From contig CACIJY010000002.1 in NCBI GenBank assembly GCA_902587095.1, positions 16,287-80,286 of the forward strand: 64,000 nucleotides of DNA, written 5' to 3'. Numbering within the stretch: the stretch's first letter is position 1; the number at the start of each line of letters is the position of its first letter. Below are positions 1-9,733 of this stretch, in pieces. The notes beneath the pieces were generated by a model. The model worked only from the letters and a program-made list of their open reading frames with translations. It searched no databases and was not told where the DNA came from. Position numbers and translations under genes: made by a program. This stretch comes from an uncultured Pelagibacteraceae bacterium (GTDB lineage Bacteria; Pseudomonadota; Alphaproteobacteria; Pelagibacterales; Pelagibacteraceae).

Positions 1-1018
1 TAAAATATTTTTGGTAGGTAGATCCTAAATCCCCCCTTTTTGATGCAATATATTCAATTGATTTATTAAAAATTTCTGTCTCTTTTGTATTTTTTAAATG
101 ATCAATTGATAAAGAACCTTCCCTCAAACCACTTATTGAACATAATATTTTTTTTGGATTTGTTATAGTCATTATCTCATTTAAAATAATAGAACTATAC
201 GGTAAATATTGTGTTCTAGATTTTGAAATATATTCCACAGTTTTAAGTTTTGATTTGTTAAAGTTTGAAATTTTTTCAACAAATTTTGTCAATATAGATC
301 TATTTACAGAATATTGATGAATAATATGAACAGGATGGTTATTTTGGAAAAGATGTAGTTTAAATAAAGATCTCCATGTTCCTCCCACTAGATATAAATT
401 ATTAAATTTTTTTTTAGATAACCATTTTTCCTCTCTTAATAATTTCTTTACATACTTAGGTAAATTTCTTTTTTTAACAATTGGATTATTTATTAATCTA
501 AGAACACCAATTGGCAAAGAAGTTTTGTTCGTAACAACATTATTTTCAACTCTAGCTAATTCTAAACTTCCACCACCAAGATCTGCTACTAATCCATCAA
601 CATTATCAAAACCAATTTTTACACCTTCTGCAGAACAATTTGCTTCTTCTTCACCACTCAGAATATTAATTTTTGTTTTAAAAAGTGTTTCTACTTCGCT
701 GATAAATTGTTTTGCATCTGTAGCCTCTCGCAAAACAGCAGTCGCAATTATTTTCAAATTTGTAATTTTTGATACATTCAAAATTTCTGAAAATCTTTTT
801 AAAACTTTTAATGCATATTCTGATCCAGATTTATGAAGCTTTCTTGATTTGTCTAAATTTTTTCCAAGTTCACATACTGCTTTTTCATTAAATGACGGGA
901 CTCTTGTTGAGCTAAAATCATCATAAATCAACATTCTTATAGAATTTGAACCAATATCAATAATGGCTAATTTTAAATATTTTGAAGCAGATTGTTGTTT
1001 TGTATTAATTACTTCCAC
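1..1018 (-). CDS. ppx: Exopolyphosphatase / Ppx-GppA family (3' end truncated by window edge)
   Basis: Not in the ORF track. Manual minus-strand translation from GTG at 1018 gives MEVINTKQQSASKYLKLAIIDIGSNSIRMLIYD...FNEKAVCELGK...IIATAVLREA...DLGGGSLE (ASKHA Ppx motifs). Overlaps the ppk1 stop by 14 nt. Confidence 0.92.
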   Translation of the reverse strand, partial: MEVINTKQQSASKYLKLAIIDIGSNSIRMLIYDDFSSTRVPSFNEKAVCELGKNLDKSRKLHKSGSEYALKVLKRFSEILNVSKITNLKIIATAVLREATDAKQFISEVETLFKTKINILSGEEEANCSAEGVKIGFDNVDGLVADLGGGSLELARVENNVVTNKTSLPIGVLRLINNPIVKKRNLPKYVKKLLREEKWLSKKKFNNLYLVGGTWRSLFKLHLFQNNHPVHIIHQYSVNRSILTKFVEKISNFNKSKLKTVEYISKSRTQYLPYSSIILNEIMTITNPKKILCSISGLREGSLSIDHLKNTKETEIFNKSIEYIASKRGDLGSTYQKYF

Positions 1019-3161
1019 TTTTAATTAGTTTTAGATGCAATTTTTTAGGTTGCATAGTTAGTTTAGCTTTACCTCTTCCAGATAAGCTCGGATTATTCAT
1101 AAAATATTCATGAGCTGAAAAGGAATCGTATTTACTATATTTAATTTTTTTATAATTACCATCAGCTTTAAGTTCCCAACTCTGATTAGTATCAAGATAA
1201 TTTGCTAACATTATTTGATCTAAAATCTGTTCATGAACAGTTTCATTTTCAATTGGAACTAGAAGTTCTACTCTTCTATTTAAATTTCTCGGCATTAAAT
1301 CAGCTGAAGAAATATATACTTTTGCATTTCTATTAGGCATTTTTTTTGTACCGTTACTAAAACAATAAATTCTAGAATGCTCTAAAAATCTTCCTATTAT
1401 ACTTTTTACAACTATGTTTTCAGATCTATCTTTAACTCCTGGTCTTAAACAACAAACACCCCTTACAAATAAATGAATTTTTACACCAGCATTCGAAGCT
1501 TCATAAAATTTATCAATAATTTCTGGATCTACTAATGAATTCATTTTTGCCCAAATAGCTGCAAATTTACCATTTTTAGAATTCTTAATTTCAGCATCAA
1601 TATTTTCATTTAAGGTTTGCCTCATATTTATTGGCGAAATAGAAATTTTATTTAAATTTTTTGGTTTTGCGTATCCTGTTACATAATTGAAAAACTTTTC
1701 AACATCTGATGCCATTTTCTTATCACAACTAAATAAAGATAGATCAGTATAAATTTTAGCATTTACAGGATGATAATTACCAGTTCCTAAATGAAAATAA
1801 GTTTGTATTTTTCCTTGTTCTCTTCTTAAAACTAATGATGATTTTGCATGAGTTTTATATTTAGCAAAACCATAAACAATTTGAACACCTACTTTTTCTA
1901 AACTTCTTGATAGTTGAATATTAGCCTCCTCATCAAATCTAGCTTTAATTTCAATTAAAGCGGTAACTGTTTTTCCGTTTTCTGCTGCTGTTATTAAAGC
2001 TTTAACAATAGGTGAGTCTAGAGTTGTTCTATATAAAGTTTGTTTAATAGCTATAACTTTTTTATCATTTGCTGCTTGGTTTAAAAATTCAATTACAGCA
2101 TCAAATGTTTCAAAAGGGTGATGCACAACTAAATCTTTCTTTTTGATAGTTTCAAAAAAATTATCATTATATTCTTTTAATCTTTCAACTTCTCTAGGTA
2201 TAAAATGTTTGAATCTTAATTTTGGATTTTTTACTTTACATATTTGATCTATATCTTGAATTCCAACAAGGCCAGCTACATTATAAATATAGTCAGGATT
2301 TATATCTAATTTATTTGTAATAAATCTTATCAATTCATTATCACTATTTTCAAGGACCTCTAAACGAACAATATCACCCGTTCTACGTCTTTTTAAAGCC
2401 AATTCAAAAGATCTAACTAAATCTTCTGCTTCCTCTTGAATCTCTACATCGCTATCTCTTATTACTCTAAAAATCATTTTCTTTTCTAAATCATGATCTG
2501 GAAAAATTTCATTAGCAAAAAAACTTATTACGTCATCTAAAATAACAAACTTCTTATGATTTTTGGAAGACTCTATTTCAATAAATCTAGATAATGCTTT
2601 TGGTATTACAATTATCGAGTTTAAAATCCTCTTTCTATTTTTCTTCCTTAGCTTCATTACAAGTGCTCTTCCCTGGTTGATTATAAACGGAAATGGGTGG
2701 GCAGGATCAATAGCTGATGGTGTTAATAAAGGATAAATCTCTTCTATAAATATTTCTAGAAGTTTTTTTTTATCCTTAGTATTTAAATTAACTGGTTTTA
2801 CTAAACTGATATTATTTTTTTTTAATTCCATAATCAGTTGAATAAAAATTTTATTCTGTTTTTTTAATAGACTCTTAGTTTCAAGAACTACTTCATCCAT
2901 TTGTTCATCAGGTGTCAAGCCATCAGAACTTAATGAGTCAACTTCTTGTTTTATTTGACTATATAGACCAGCTACACGAACCATAAAAAATTCATCAAGA
3001 TTAGAACCCGCAATTGATAAAAATTTTACCCTTTCATATAAGGGATTTTCAATATTTTGTGATTCAAAAAGTACTCTATCATTAAATTTTAACCACGAAA
3101 GTTCTCTATTGATATATTTATTCTTAAGTTCTTCTTTTTGTTGTTTTTTTAAAGCAGTCAT
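1005..3161 (-). CDS. ppk1: Polyphosphate kinase 1
   Basis: NRELSWLKFNDRV, NLDEFFMVRVAGL, HPFPF, HHPF, QTLYRT, ARFDEE, KTHAK, GTGNY, RFLEHSR, SADLMPRNL motifs. Likely start is the ATG at 3161 (MTALKK); the ORF-track start at 3194 overlaps sixA. Confidence 0.97.
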   Translation of the reverse strand: MTALKKQQKEELKNKYINRELSWLKFNDRVLFESQNIENPLYERVKFLSIAGSNLDEFFMVRVAGLYSQIKQEVDSLSSDGLTPDEQMDEVVLETKSLLKKQNKIFIQLIMELKKNNISLVKPVNLNTKDKKKLLEIFIEEIYPLLTPSAIDPAHPFPFIINQGRALVMKLRKKNRKRILNSIIVIPKALSRFIEIESSKNHKKFVILDDVISFFANEIFPDHDLEKKMIFRVIRDSDVEIQEEAEDLVRSFELALKRRRTGDIVRLEVLENSDNELIRFITNKLDINPDYIYNVAGLVGIQDIDQICKVKNPKLRFKHFIPREVERLKEYNDNFFETIKKKDLVVHHPFETFDAVIEFLNQAANDKKVIAIKQTLYRTTLDSPIVKALITAAENGKTVTALIEIKARFDEEANIQLSRSLEKVGVQIVYGFAKYKTHAKSSLVLRREQGKIQTYFHLGTGNYHPVNAKIYTDLSLFSCDKKMASDVEKFFNYVTGYAKPKNLNKISISPINMRQTLNENIDAEIKNSKNGKFAAIWAKMNSLVDPEIIDKFYEASNAGVKIHLFVRGVCCLRPGVKDRSENIVVKSIIGRFLEHSRIYCFSNGTKKMPNRNAKVYISSADLMPRNLNRRVELLVPIENETVHEQILDQIMLANYLDTNQSWELKADGNYKKIKYSKYDSFSAHEYFMNNPSLSGRGKAKLTMQPKKLHLKLIKSGSN

Positions 3162-3174
3162 GTATTTAGAATTT

Positions 3175-3699
3175 ATGTTTGAATTATACGTCATGAGACA
3201 CGCAAAATCCAGTTGGGAAGATTTGAATATTAATGATTTTGAGAGACCGCTGAATAAAAGAGGTAAAAAAAGTGCAAAAAAAATTTGTGAATTTTTTGTT
3301 AAAAGAAAATACAGATTTGAATTTGCTTTGATATCATCAGCTAAAAGAACCCGAAGTACTTTTGAAATTTTGTCAAAAGGAATTCCTGAGCCAAAAACAA
3401 CAGAATATTCAAAGAGTTTATACTTAGCAAATGAATTTACAATTATAAATAAAATTAAAAAAATATCGAGTAACTACAAATCAATTTTATTAATAAATCA
3501 TGAACCCGCAGTTAAAAATTTAGTAAGGTATCTAACCAAAAATCATGAAACCAATAATTTCAAATTAATGAATTATAAATTTCCTACAGCGGCATTCGCT
3601 AAAATTAAGTTTGATATTAAAGGTTGGGACGAAATAGAAAAAAAAGGAATGTTAAAAAAATTTATAAGACCCAAAGATCTTCAAGACTCTAAAGAATAA
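3175..3699 (+). CDS. sixA: SixA-family phosphohistidine phosphatase
   Basis: RHAKSSW catalytic motif, DFERPLNKRG, SSAKRT, LYLA, NHEP (GHNP-like), KFPTAA. Likely start MFELYVMRH at 3175. Confidence 0.88.
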   Translation: MFELYVMRHAKSSWEDLNINDFERPLNKRGKKSAKKICEFFVKRKYRFEFALISSAKRTRSTFEILSKGIPEPKTTEYSKSLYLANEFTIINKIKKISSNYKSILLINHEPAVKNLVRYLTKNHETNNFKLMNYKFPTAAFAKIKFDIKGWDEIEKKGMLKKFIRPKDLQDSKE

Positions 3700-4364
3700 C
3701 CTGCAGATCTAACCGTTCTAATTAAAGGTTTTACGTTTTCAATATTTATAGCTTGTCTTAATCTTCTAATATGGACATCTACTGTTCTAGACTCAACGTA
3801 TATATTCTCTCCCCATACATTGTTTAAAAGCTGTTCTCGTGAATAAACTCTTTTAGGATTTTTGATAAAAAAATCTAAAAGTTTAAATTCAGTTGGGCCT
3901 AAAGTAATTTCTTTATCTTTTCTATAAACTCTTTTTGTAATCCGGTCTATTTTTAAATCAGTAAATTCTACAATATCTGATGATGATTGAGGTTTAGATC
4001 TTCTCAATAAAGATTTAATTCGAGCATTCAATTCTTTTTGACTAAAAGGTTTAGTCACATAATCATCTGCACCAGTATCAAATGCTTTTAATTTGTCCTC
4101 TTCCTCCCCTTTTGCAGTTAACATAATGATAGGAATATCATTAAACTTATTATTTTTTTTTAAATTTTTACAAATTTCAACACCAGATAATTCAGGTAAC
4201 ATCCAATCCATTAATATTAAATCTGGGTATTTTAATTTTATTTGTTTAAGAGCATCTTCTCCATTTTCTGAATGACTAACTTTATAACCTTCTTTTTCAA
4301 GATTATACTTTAACAAACTAACAATTGATGCTTCATCTTCAGCTATAAAAACATGAGCTGACAT
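3681..4364 (-). CDS. phoB: Phosphate regulon response regulator PhoB
   Basis: Receiver domain (DWMLP, GADDYVTKPF) plus winged-helix (LGPTEF, RVYSREQLL, RTVDVHIRRLR); directly after phoU. Confidence 0.97.
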   Translation of the reverse strand: MSAHVFIAEDEASIVSLLKYNLEKEGYKVSHSENGEDALKQIKLKYPDLILMDWMLPELSGVEICKNLKKNNKFNDIPIIMLTAKGEEEDKLKAFDTGADDYVTKPFSQKELNARIKSLLRRSKPQSSSDIVEFTDLKIDRITKRVYRKDKEITLGPTEFKLLDFFIKNPKRVYSREQLLNNVWGENIYVESRTVDVHIRRLRQAINIENVKPLIRTVRSAGYSLES

Positions 4365-4367
4365 AAA

Positions 4368-5075
4368 TCATTTTTCTCCAGTTACAATTGGCTCTGTGCC
4401 CTTAGGTCTTTCACCTTCTAAATATTCACCTTTAACTAAATAATAAATTTGTTCTGCAACATTTGTAGTATGATCACCAATACGCTCAACGTTTTTGGTC
4501 ACAAACAACAAGTGAGTTCCATCCTCTAAATTTTTTTCATCTTCTTTAAGATATTTTATAACTTCTTGCATACAAAGATTTGTTAGATCATCTATTTGCT
4601 CGTCACTTTCCCAAACATTTACTGCCATTGACGCAGATCTTTCTAGATAAGCGTCTAATGTTGATTTTAATTGTTTTTGAACACTAGTAGATACTCTATT
4701 TAATGCATCTACCAAATTCTTTGGAAGATTTTCATTAAGCAAAAGTGTTCTCTTGGATATATTTTTTGCTAAATCACCTATTCTCTCTAAATCCGAAGAC
4801 ATTTTCAGAGCCGTTACAGTCTCTCTTAAATCAATTGCCATAGGTTGTCTCAATGCAATTAAATTTACAACTTGCTGTTCAACTAAAGTCTCAAATTTAT
4901 CTATTTTTTCATCGTCTTGAATTACAGTTTCTGCAATATCGCTATTTCTTGTTGTAATGGCTTGAATAGCTTTACCTAAAGAATCCTCACACGCACTTCC
5001 CATTTTAATTATATTCGCATTAAGATTTTTGAGTTCTTCTTCGTAAGATTTAACTGTATGTGGCGCTTCACCCAT
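4368..5075 (-). CDS. phoU: Phosphate signalling protein PhoU
   Basis: ALRQPMAIDLR, DLERIGDLAKNI and VERIGDHTTNVAE duplicated PhoU motifs. Confidence 0.97.
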   Translation of the reverse strand: MGEAPHTVKSYEEELKNLNANIIKMGSACEDSLGKAIQAITTRNSDIAETVIQDDEKIDKFETLVEQQVVNLIALRQPMAIDLRETVTALKMSSDLERIGDLAKNISKRTLLLNENLPKNLVDALNRVSTSVQKQLKSTLDAYLERSASMAVNVWESDEQIDDLTNLCMQEVIKYLKEDEKNLEDGTHLLFVTKNVERIGDHTTNVAEQIYYLVKGEYLEGERPKGTEPIVTGEK

Positions 5076-5830
5076 TATCCAAACCTCCCGGTTATATAAT
5101 CCTGTGTTTTTGTGTTATCAGGATTCTTAAATATCTTATCAGTTGATCCATGTTCAATCAAATGTCCTAGGTGAAAAAAACCTGTATTTTGAGAGACACG
5201 TGCAGCTTGAGCCATAGAATGAGTTACAATTATTATTGTATGCTCCTTTTTTAACTCATCAATCAATTCTTCAATTTGTGCTGTTGCTATTGGATCTAAT
5301 GCTGAACAAGGCTCATCCATTAATATAACTTCTGGTCTTACGGAAATTGCTCTAGCAATACAAAGTCTTTGTTGTTGTCCTCCAGATAAACCAGTTCCAG
5401 GTTCATGTAACCTATCTTTTACCTCTTCCCATAGTGCAGCCTTTTTTAAGCTAGTTTCAACAATTTCATCCATTTCTTGCTTTGATTGAGCCATACCGTG
5501 AATTGTTGGGCCGTATGATATATTTTCATATACAGTTTTTGGGAAAGGATTAGGTTTTTGAAAAACCATACCAATTTTTTCTCTAAGTCTTACTACATCG
5601 CAACTTTTATCATTTATATTAAAGTCATTAATTAAAATTTCTCCTTTAACACTACAGATATCAATTACATCATTCATTCTATTAAGACATCTAAGAAAAG
5701 TTGATTTACCACAACCAGATGGACCAATTAATGCAGTTACTTGGTTTTCTTCAATATCTAAACCTATATTATAGAGGGCCTGTTTTTTTCCATAAAAAAC
5801 ATCTACATTTTTTGCTTTAATCTTTATCAT
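5075..5830 (-). CDS. pstB: Phosphate ABC transporter ATPase PstB
   Basis: [51 protein letters not shown] at 5830 has a GGAG RBS at 5836-5839. Confidence 0.97.
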   Translation of the reverse strand: MIKIKAKNVDVFYGKKQALYNIGLDIEENQVTALIGPSGCGKSTFLRCLNRMNDVIDICSVKGEILINDFNINDKSCDVVRLREKIGMVFQKPNPFPKTVYENISYGPTIHGMAQSKQEMDEIVETSLKKAALWEEVKDRLHEPGTGLSGGQQQRLCIARAISVRPEVILMDEPCSALDPIATAQIEELIDELKKEHTIIIVTHSMAQAARVSQNTGFFHLGHLIEHGSTDKIFKNPDNTKTQDYITGRFG

Positions 5831-5831
5831 T

Positions 5832-7100
5832 TTAACTCCATTTTTTTTCAAACTTATGTCTAATTATTTGGGCAAATAAATTCATTATTATTAAAAAACC
5901 AAGTAAAACCATTATACATGCCGAGACTTTTTCAACAAATCCTCTCTCAGCACTTTCAGCCCAAATATAGATTTGAACTGGTAAACTTGCTGCAGGATCC
6001 ATTGGTGACCCAGGTATCGTGTTAACAAAAGCAACCATTCCAATTAAAATTAGGGGTGCAGTTTCTCCTAAAGCTTGAGCTAAACCAATTATTGTACCTG
6101 ATAAAGTCCCAGGCATTGAAAGAGGAACGGTATGATGCATTGTGGTTTGCATTCGACTTGCGCCCATAGCAAGTGCTGCCTCTCTTATACTTGGAGGAAC
6201 CGCTTTTAAAGATGCCCTCGCAGCTATAATTATTGTTGGTAAAGTCATCAATGATAAAGTGATACCTCCAACTAAAGGGGTAGACCTAGGAAGGTGAAAT
6301 ATAGCCAATAAAACACCTAATCCGAGTAACCCAAAGACAATAGACGGTACTGCAGCCAAGTTATTTATATTTACTTCAATAAAATCAGTAAATCTATTTT
6401 TAGGTGCAAACTCTTCAAGATAAATTGCTGCAAGCACCGCCACAGGAAAAGCTATCATTAAGCATACAAGTATAGAAAAAATTGAGCCCATAAATGAACT
6501 AGCTATACCAGCAAGTTCTGGTTCTCTAGAGTCAGCATATGTAAAAAAACTGATATTAAATTTACTTTCAACTTTGCCTTTTGCAACAAGTTGATCGAAA
6601 ATTTTTAATTGATAATCGCTTACCCTTCTTTGATCTTCCGGTAAATCTCTTGGATAATTTCCTTTAAAGACTTGATCTAAATCATCTGAAGCGGTTAGAT
6701 AAACTTCTTTTGTTTTTCCTATTAAACCAGGGTTATTTAGAAGTTCATTTTTAATTTCTTTTTCAAAAAAATAAGACACCATTCTCTTCAATTCATTTTC
6801 TTGATCTTCATTGGCATTTGGATCTAGGTCAGCCATTGATTTTAATGCTATATCGTAATAATCAGCATCCTGTAAATCCTCATTAGAAGGATTTTGTTCT
6901 AACATCATTAATTCAGCATCAAAAGTTACTGGAACAATGAGCCACGTTTTTTGAAAAGCAGAATAGCCAGTTGAAAAAATTTTAAAAATAAAGATTGTTA
7001 AAAATAAAAGTGCCATAAAAATTGCACTCAGACCGTATAAGCGAAATCTCTGTTCAGCTTTGTATCTTTTATTTAATAATTGTTCCTTACTTTTATTCAT
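5832..7100 (-). CDS. pstA: Phosphate ABC transporter permease PstA
   Basis: [45 protein letters not shown]. Confidence 0.96.
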   Translation of the reverse strand: MNKSKEQLLNKRYKAEQRFRLYGLSAIFMALLFLTIFIFKIFSTGYSAFQKTWLIVPVTFDAELMMLEQNPSNEDLQDADYYDIALKSMADLDPNANEDQENELKRMVSYFFEKEIKNELLNNPGLIGKTKEVYLTASDDLDQVFKGNYPRDLPEDQRRVSDYQLKIFDQLVAKGKVESKFNISFFTYADSREPELAGIASSFMGSIFSILVCLMIAFPVAVLAAIYLEEFAPKNRFTDFIEVNINNLAAVPSIVFGLLGLGVLLAIFHLPRSTPLVGGITLSLMTLPTIIIAARASLKAVPPSIREAALAMGASRMQTTMHHTVPLSMPGTLSGTIIGLAQALGETAPLILIGMVAFVNTIPGSPMDPAASLPVQIYIWAESAERGFVEKVSACIMVLLGFLIIMNLFAQIIRHKFEKKWS

Positions 7101-8478
7101 ATTTCTCTCTATATTTTTTAACTACTCTTAAGGCCACGATATTTAAACAAAGCGTTACTAGAAATAATGACATACCTAAAGCAAAAGCGGCTTGCGTTTT
7201 TGGGTCGCCAAAAGCTTGGTCTCCAATTAAAATTACCACAATTTGCGCTGTAATTGTTGAAGTAGATTCTAATGGATTTAAAGTTAAGTTAGCAGCTAAA
7301 CCCGAGGCCATAACAACTATCATTGTTTCTCCAATAGCTCTTGAAACGCCAAGTAAAATAGATCCAACTATCCCGGGCAAAGCTGCGGGAAAAATAACTC
7401 TCTTAATTGTTTCTGATTTAGTCGCTCCCATAGCGTAACTTCCATCTCTTAAACTTTGAGGCACACTTGTAATTACATCGTCACTTAAACTTGAAATAAA
7501 TGGTATGATCATAATACCCATTACCCCTCCTGCTGCTAAAGCACTTTCAGCTGAAACTTCAAGACCCATTGAGGTTCCTAATTCTTTCAAAAATGGTCCA
7601 ACTGTTAGGGCAGCAAAAAAACCATAAACAACTGTTGGTATACCAGCTAAAATTTCAATTAAAGGTTTTGCATATTGTCTAACTTTGCTAGATGCATATT
7701 CAGCTAAATAAATTCCACTCATTAATCCAATTGGGATAGCAACGCACATAGCAATAAATGCAATAAAAAAAGTACCTGCAAAAATAGGGACCGCTCCAAA
7801 AGTATCTGAATACATTGATGGATCTAAAGCCTCAGAAGAATCTCTTACAAAAGCTTTTGCTGGATACCAATGAGTTCCAAAGACAAAATCAAATAATGGA
7901 ATTACTTTAAAAAAATCTATAGTTTGAAATATAAGTGAGAAAACTATTCCAACAGTAGTTAATATTGCAGCTAAAGAGGCTGTAAATAAAACTGCATTCA
8001 AAAATTTTTCAACTGGTTCTCTTGTTCTAGAATTAGATGAAATTCTTTTATACGCATAAGCAACTGAAGCAATGATTATAGATAATACTATAACAGCTTT
8101 TGAACTTTGAGCTATTGATCGAAGACTTAAATATTTTTCTGCTGAAGCCTCAATAAAAGGTGTAATTTCTCCGGTAAATTGTCCTCGCGACAATGATTTT
8201 GTTTTTTCGTATATTAAATTTAATTCATCATCAAGATAACCTTGATTTGAATAATCGCTTAAGACTAATAACTTTACAATTGTAGGCTCAAAAATTGCCC
8301 ATAAAGAAAAAATTATAAAGGCTGGTATTGCGCACCAAATTGCAAGATAATAACCATAAAATTGTGGTAATGCAGTTAATCTTTTATTTGAAGATTGAAT
8401 TGTATATGCTTTTTTGCGTCCAAAATAATAGCTTGTGAAACCTAGAAGAACAATAAATGTAAACAATATTAAGTTCAA
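7093..8478 (-). CDS. pstC: Phosphate ABC transporter permease PstC
   Basis: IYLAEYA, EILAGIPTVVYGFF, SRAIGETMIV. TTG start with GGAGA RBS. Confidence 0.96.
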   Translation of the reverse strand: MNLILFTFIVLLGFTSYYFGRKKAYTIQSSNKRLTALPQFYGYYLAIWCAIPAFIIFSLWAIFEPTIVKLLVLSDYSNQGYLDDELNLIYEKTKSLSRGQFTGEITPFIEASAEKYLSLRSIAQSSKAVIVLSIIIASVAYAYKRISSNSRTREPVEKFLNAVLFTASLAAILTTVGIVFSLIFQTIDFFKVIPLFDFVFGTHWYPAKAFVRDSSEALDPSMYSDTFGAVPIFAGTFFIAFIAMCVAIPIGLMSGIYLAEYASSKVRQYAKPLIEILAGIPTVVYGFFAALTVGPFLKELGTSMGLEVSAESALAAGGVMGIMIIPFISSLSDDVITSVPQSLRDGSYAMGATKSETIKRVIFPAALPGIVGSILLGVSRAIGETMIVVMASGLAANLTLNPLESTSTITAQIVVILIGDQAFGDPKTQAAFALGMSLFLVTLCLNIVALRVVKKYREKYE

Positions 8479-8513
8479 AAGAATCTCCTTTATTGGGACT
8501 TTACTATTATTTG

Positions 8514-8545
8514 AAAAAAAAGGGGTCTAAAAAGACCCCCTTTTT
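8514..8545 (-). terminator. Intrinsic terminator / mRNA-stabilising hairpin between pstS and pstC
   Basis: Minus strand reads AAAAA GGGGGTCT TTTT AGACCCCT TTTTTTT: GC-rich stem, 4-nt loop, U tract. Confidence 0.85.
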
Positions 8546-8569
8546 AATCATTTGTTAACTGAGAAACAG

Positions 8570-9601
8570 TTAATTACCCATAGCAACTAGCTTCGTAGCA
8601 TTAGTTCTAGTTGTTTTATACAACTTAGAGTCTAATGGCACCAAACCAATGTCTGCTAGATAACCACCTTTTCCTATAGCTTTCTTAGTTGTGAATTCTT
8701 TCACAAACTCATGTAAGCCTGGAATTACTCCAACGTGAGCTTTTTTCACGTAAAAGAATAAAGGTCTGGCAACAGCATAACTGTAGTCTTGAATAGACTT
8801 CAATGATGGTTGTCCACCATCAATACTTGCTGCTTGTAATTTATCTTTTGCAGCTAGGAAATAACTGAAGCCAAAGAAACCAAACATTTCTTTATCTTGA
8901 GTTAACTTTTGGATGATTAAACTATCGTTTTCTCCAACTTCAATAGCAGCACCATCTTCTCTGTAAAGTTTTTGAGGTTTTTTGTATTTTTTATTTCCAG
9001 CTTCAAAACCTGCTTTATAAAGAGCTTTAGCTTCTTTAGTCATACCTTTTTTCATTACTAAAGAATTCCAAGCATCTCTAGTTCCTGATGTTCCTGGTGG
9101 GATCATCACTGAAATTTTTTGTTTTGGTAAGCTAGGGTCAATTTGATCCCAAGTTTTATAAATATTTGGAACTAATTTACCATCAACAACTGTATGAGCG
9201 GCTAGCGCTAAGTATAATTGTTCTTTTGTAAAGTTTACTGGTTTTGCATCTTTACTGTAAGCTAATGTAATACCGTCGTTTCCAATTACGATTTCAACGA
9301 TATCATTAACACCATTTTTCTTACATAGTGCTTTTTCTTTATCTTTCATAGCTCTTGATGCATTTGTAATATCTGGATGTTGTTCACCTACACCAGCGCA
9401 AAATAGTTTAGCTCCACCACCAGTACCAGTAGACTCAATAACAGGAGTTTTAAATCCTGAACCACCAAATCTTTCAGCAACAACAGTCGCATAAGGGAAT
9501 ACCGTAGAAGAACCAACTATCTTAATTTGATCTCTTGCTTGAGCAACAGTTGCTATTGATAAAGCAACTAATGAAGCAATTATTATAGTTAGTTTTTTCA
9601 T
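8570..9601 (-). CDS. pstS: Phosphate-binding periplasmic protein PstS (alphaproteobacterial type)
   Basis: Signal peptide ending AQA, then RDQIKIVGSSTV, ESTGTGGG, NASR, TSGTRD, RPLFFYVK. Start at 9601 (AAGGA upstream) or 9619. Confidence 0.96.
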   Translation of the reverse strand: MKKLTIIIASLVALSIATVAQARDQIKIVGSSTVFPYATVVAERFGGSGFKTPVIESTGTGGGAKLFCAGVGEQHPDITNASRAMKDKEKALCKKNGVNDIVEIVIGNDGITLAYSKDAKPVNFTKEQLYLALAAHTVVDGKLVPNIYKTWDQIDPSLPKQKISVMIPPGTSGTRDAWNSLVMKKGMTKEAKALYKAGFEAGNKKYKKPQKLYREDGAAIEVGENDSLIIQKLTQDKEMFGFFGFSYFLAAKDKLQAASIDGGQPSLKSIQDYSYAVARPLFFYVKKAHVGVIPGLHEFVKEFTTKKAIGKGGYLADIGLVPLDSKLYKTTRTNATKLVAMGN

Positions 9602-9671
9602 TATCTTTAATCCTTTCATTATTTATTAATTAAAAGATGACAGACTCGTATAAATTTATTGAATCTTTAAT

Positions 9672-9700
9672 ATTACAGAATTGTTACACTTTTGTTAAAA
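9672..9700 (-). promoter_or_regulatory. Pho box array upstream of pstS
   Basis: Minus strand TTTTAAC-AAAA-GTGTAAC-AATT-CTGTAAT: 7-bp units at 11-bp period resembling CTGTCAY-N4. Confidence 0.75.
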
Positions 9701-9733
9701 ATGTAACTTTATAGTTGAAACTTAAGAAAACTT

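Noticed and set aside
3109-3194. 86-bp head-to-head coding overlap of ppk1 and sixA implied by the ORF track
   Set aside because: Artefact of longest-ORF starts; downstream ATGs at 3161 and 3175 give family-typical N-termini without overlap.
9637-9643. Perfect CTGTCAT heptamer upstream of pstS
   Set aside because: Isolated and 35 bp from the array, so out of 11-bp phase; not counted as a separate Pho box.
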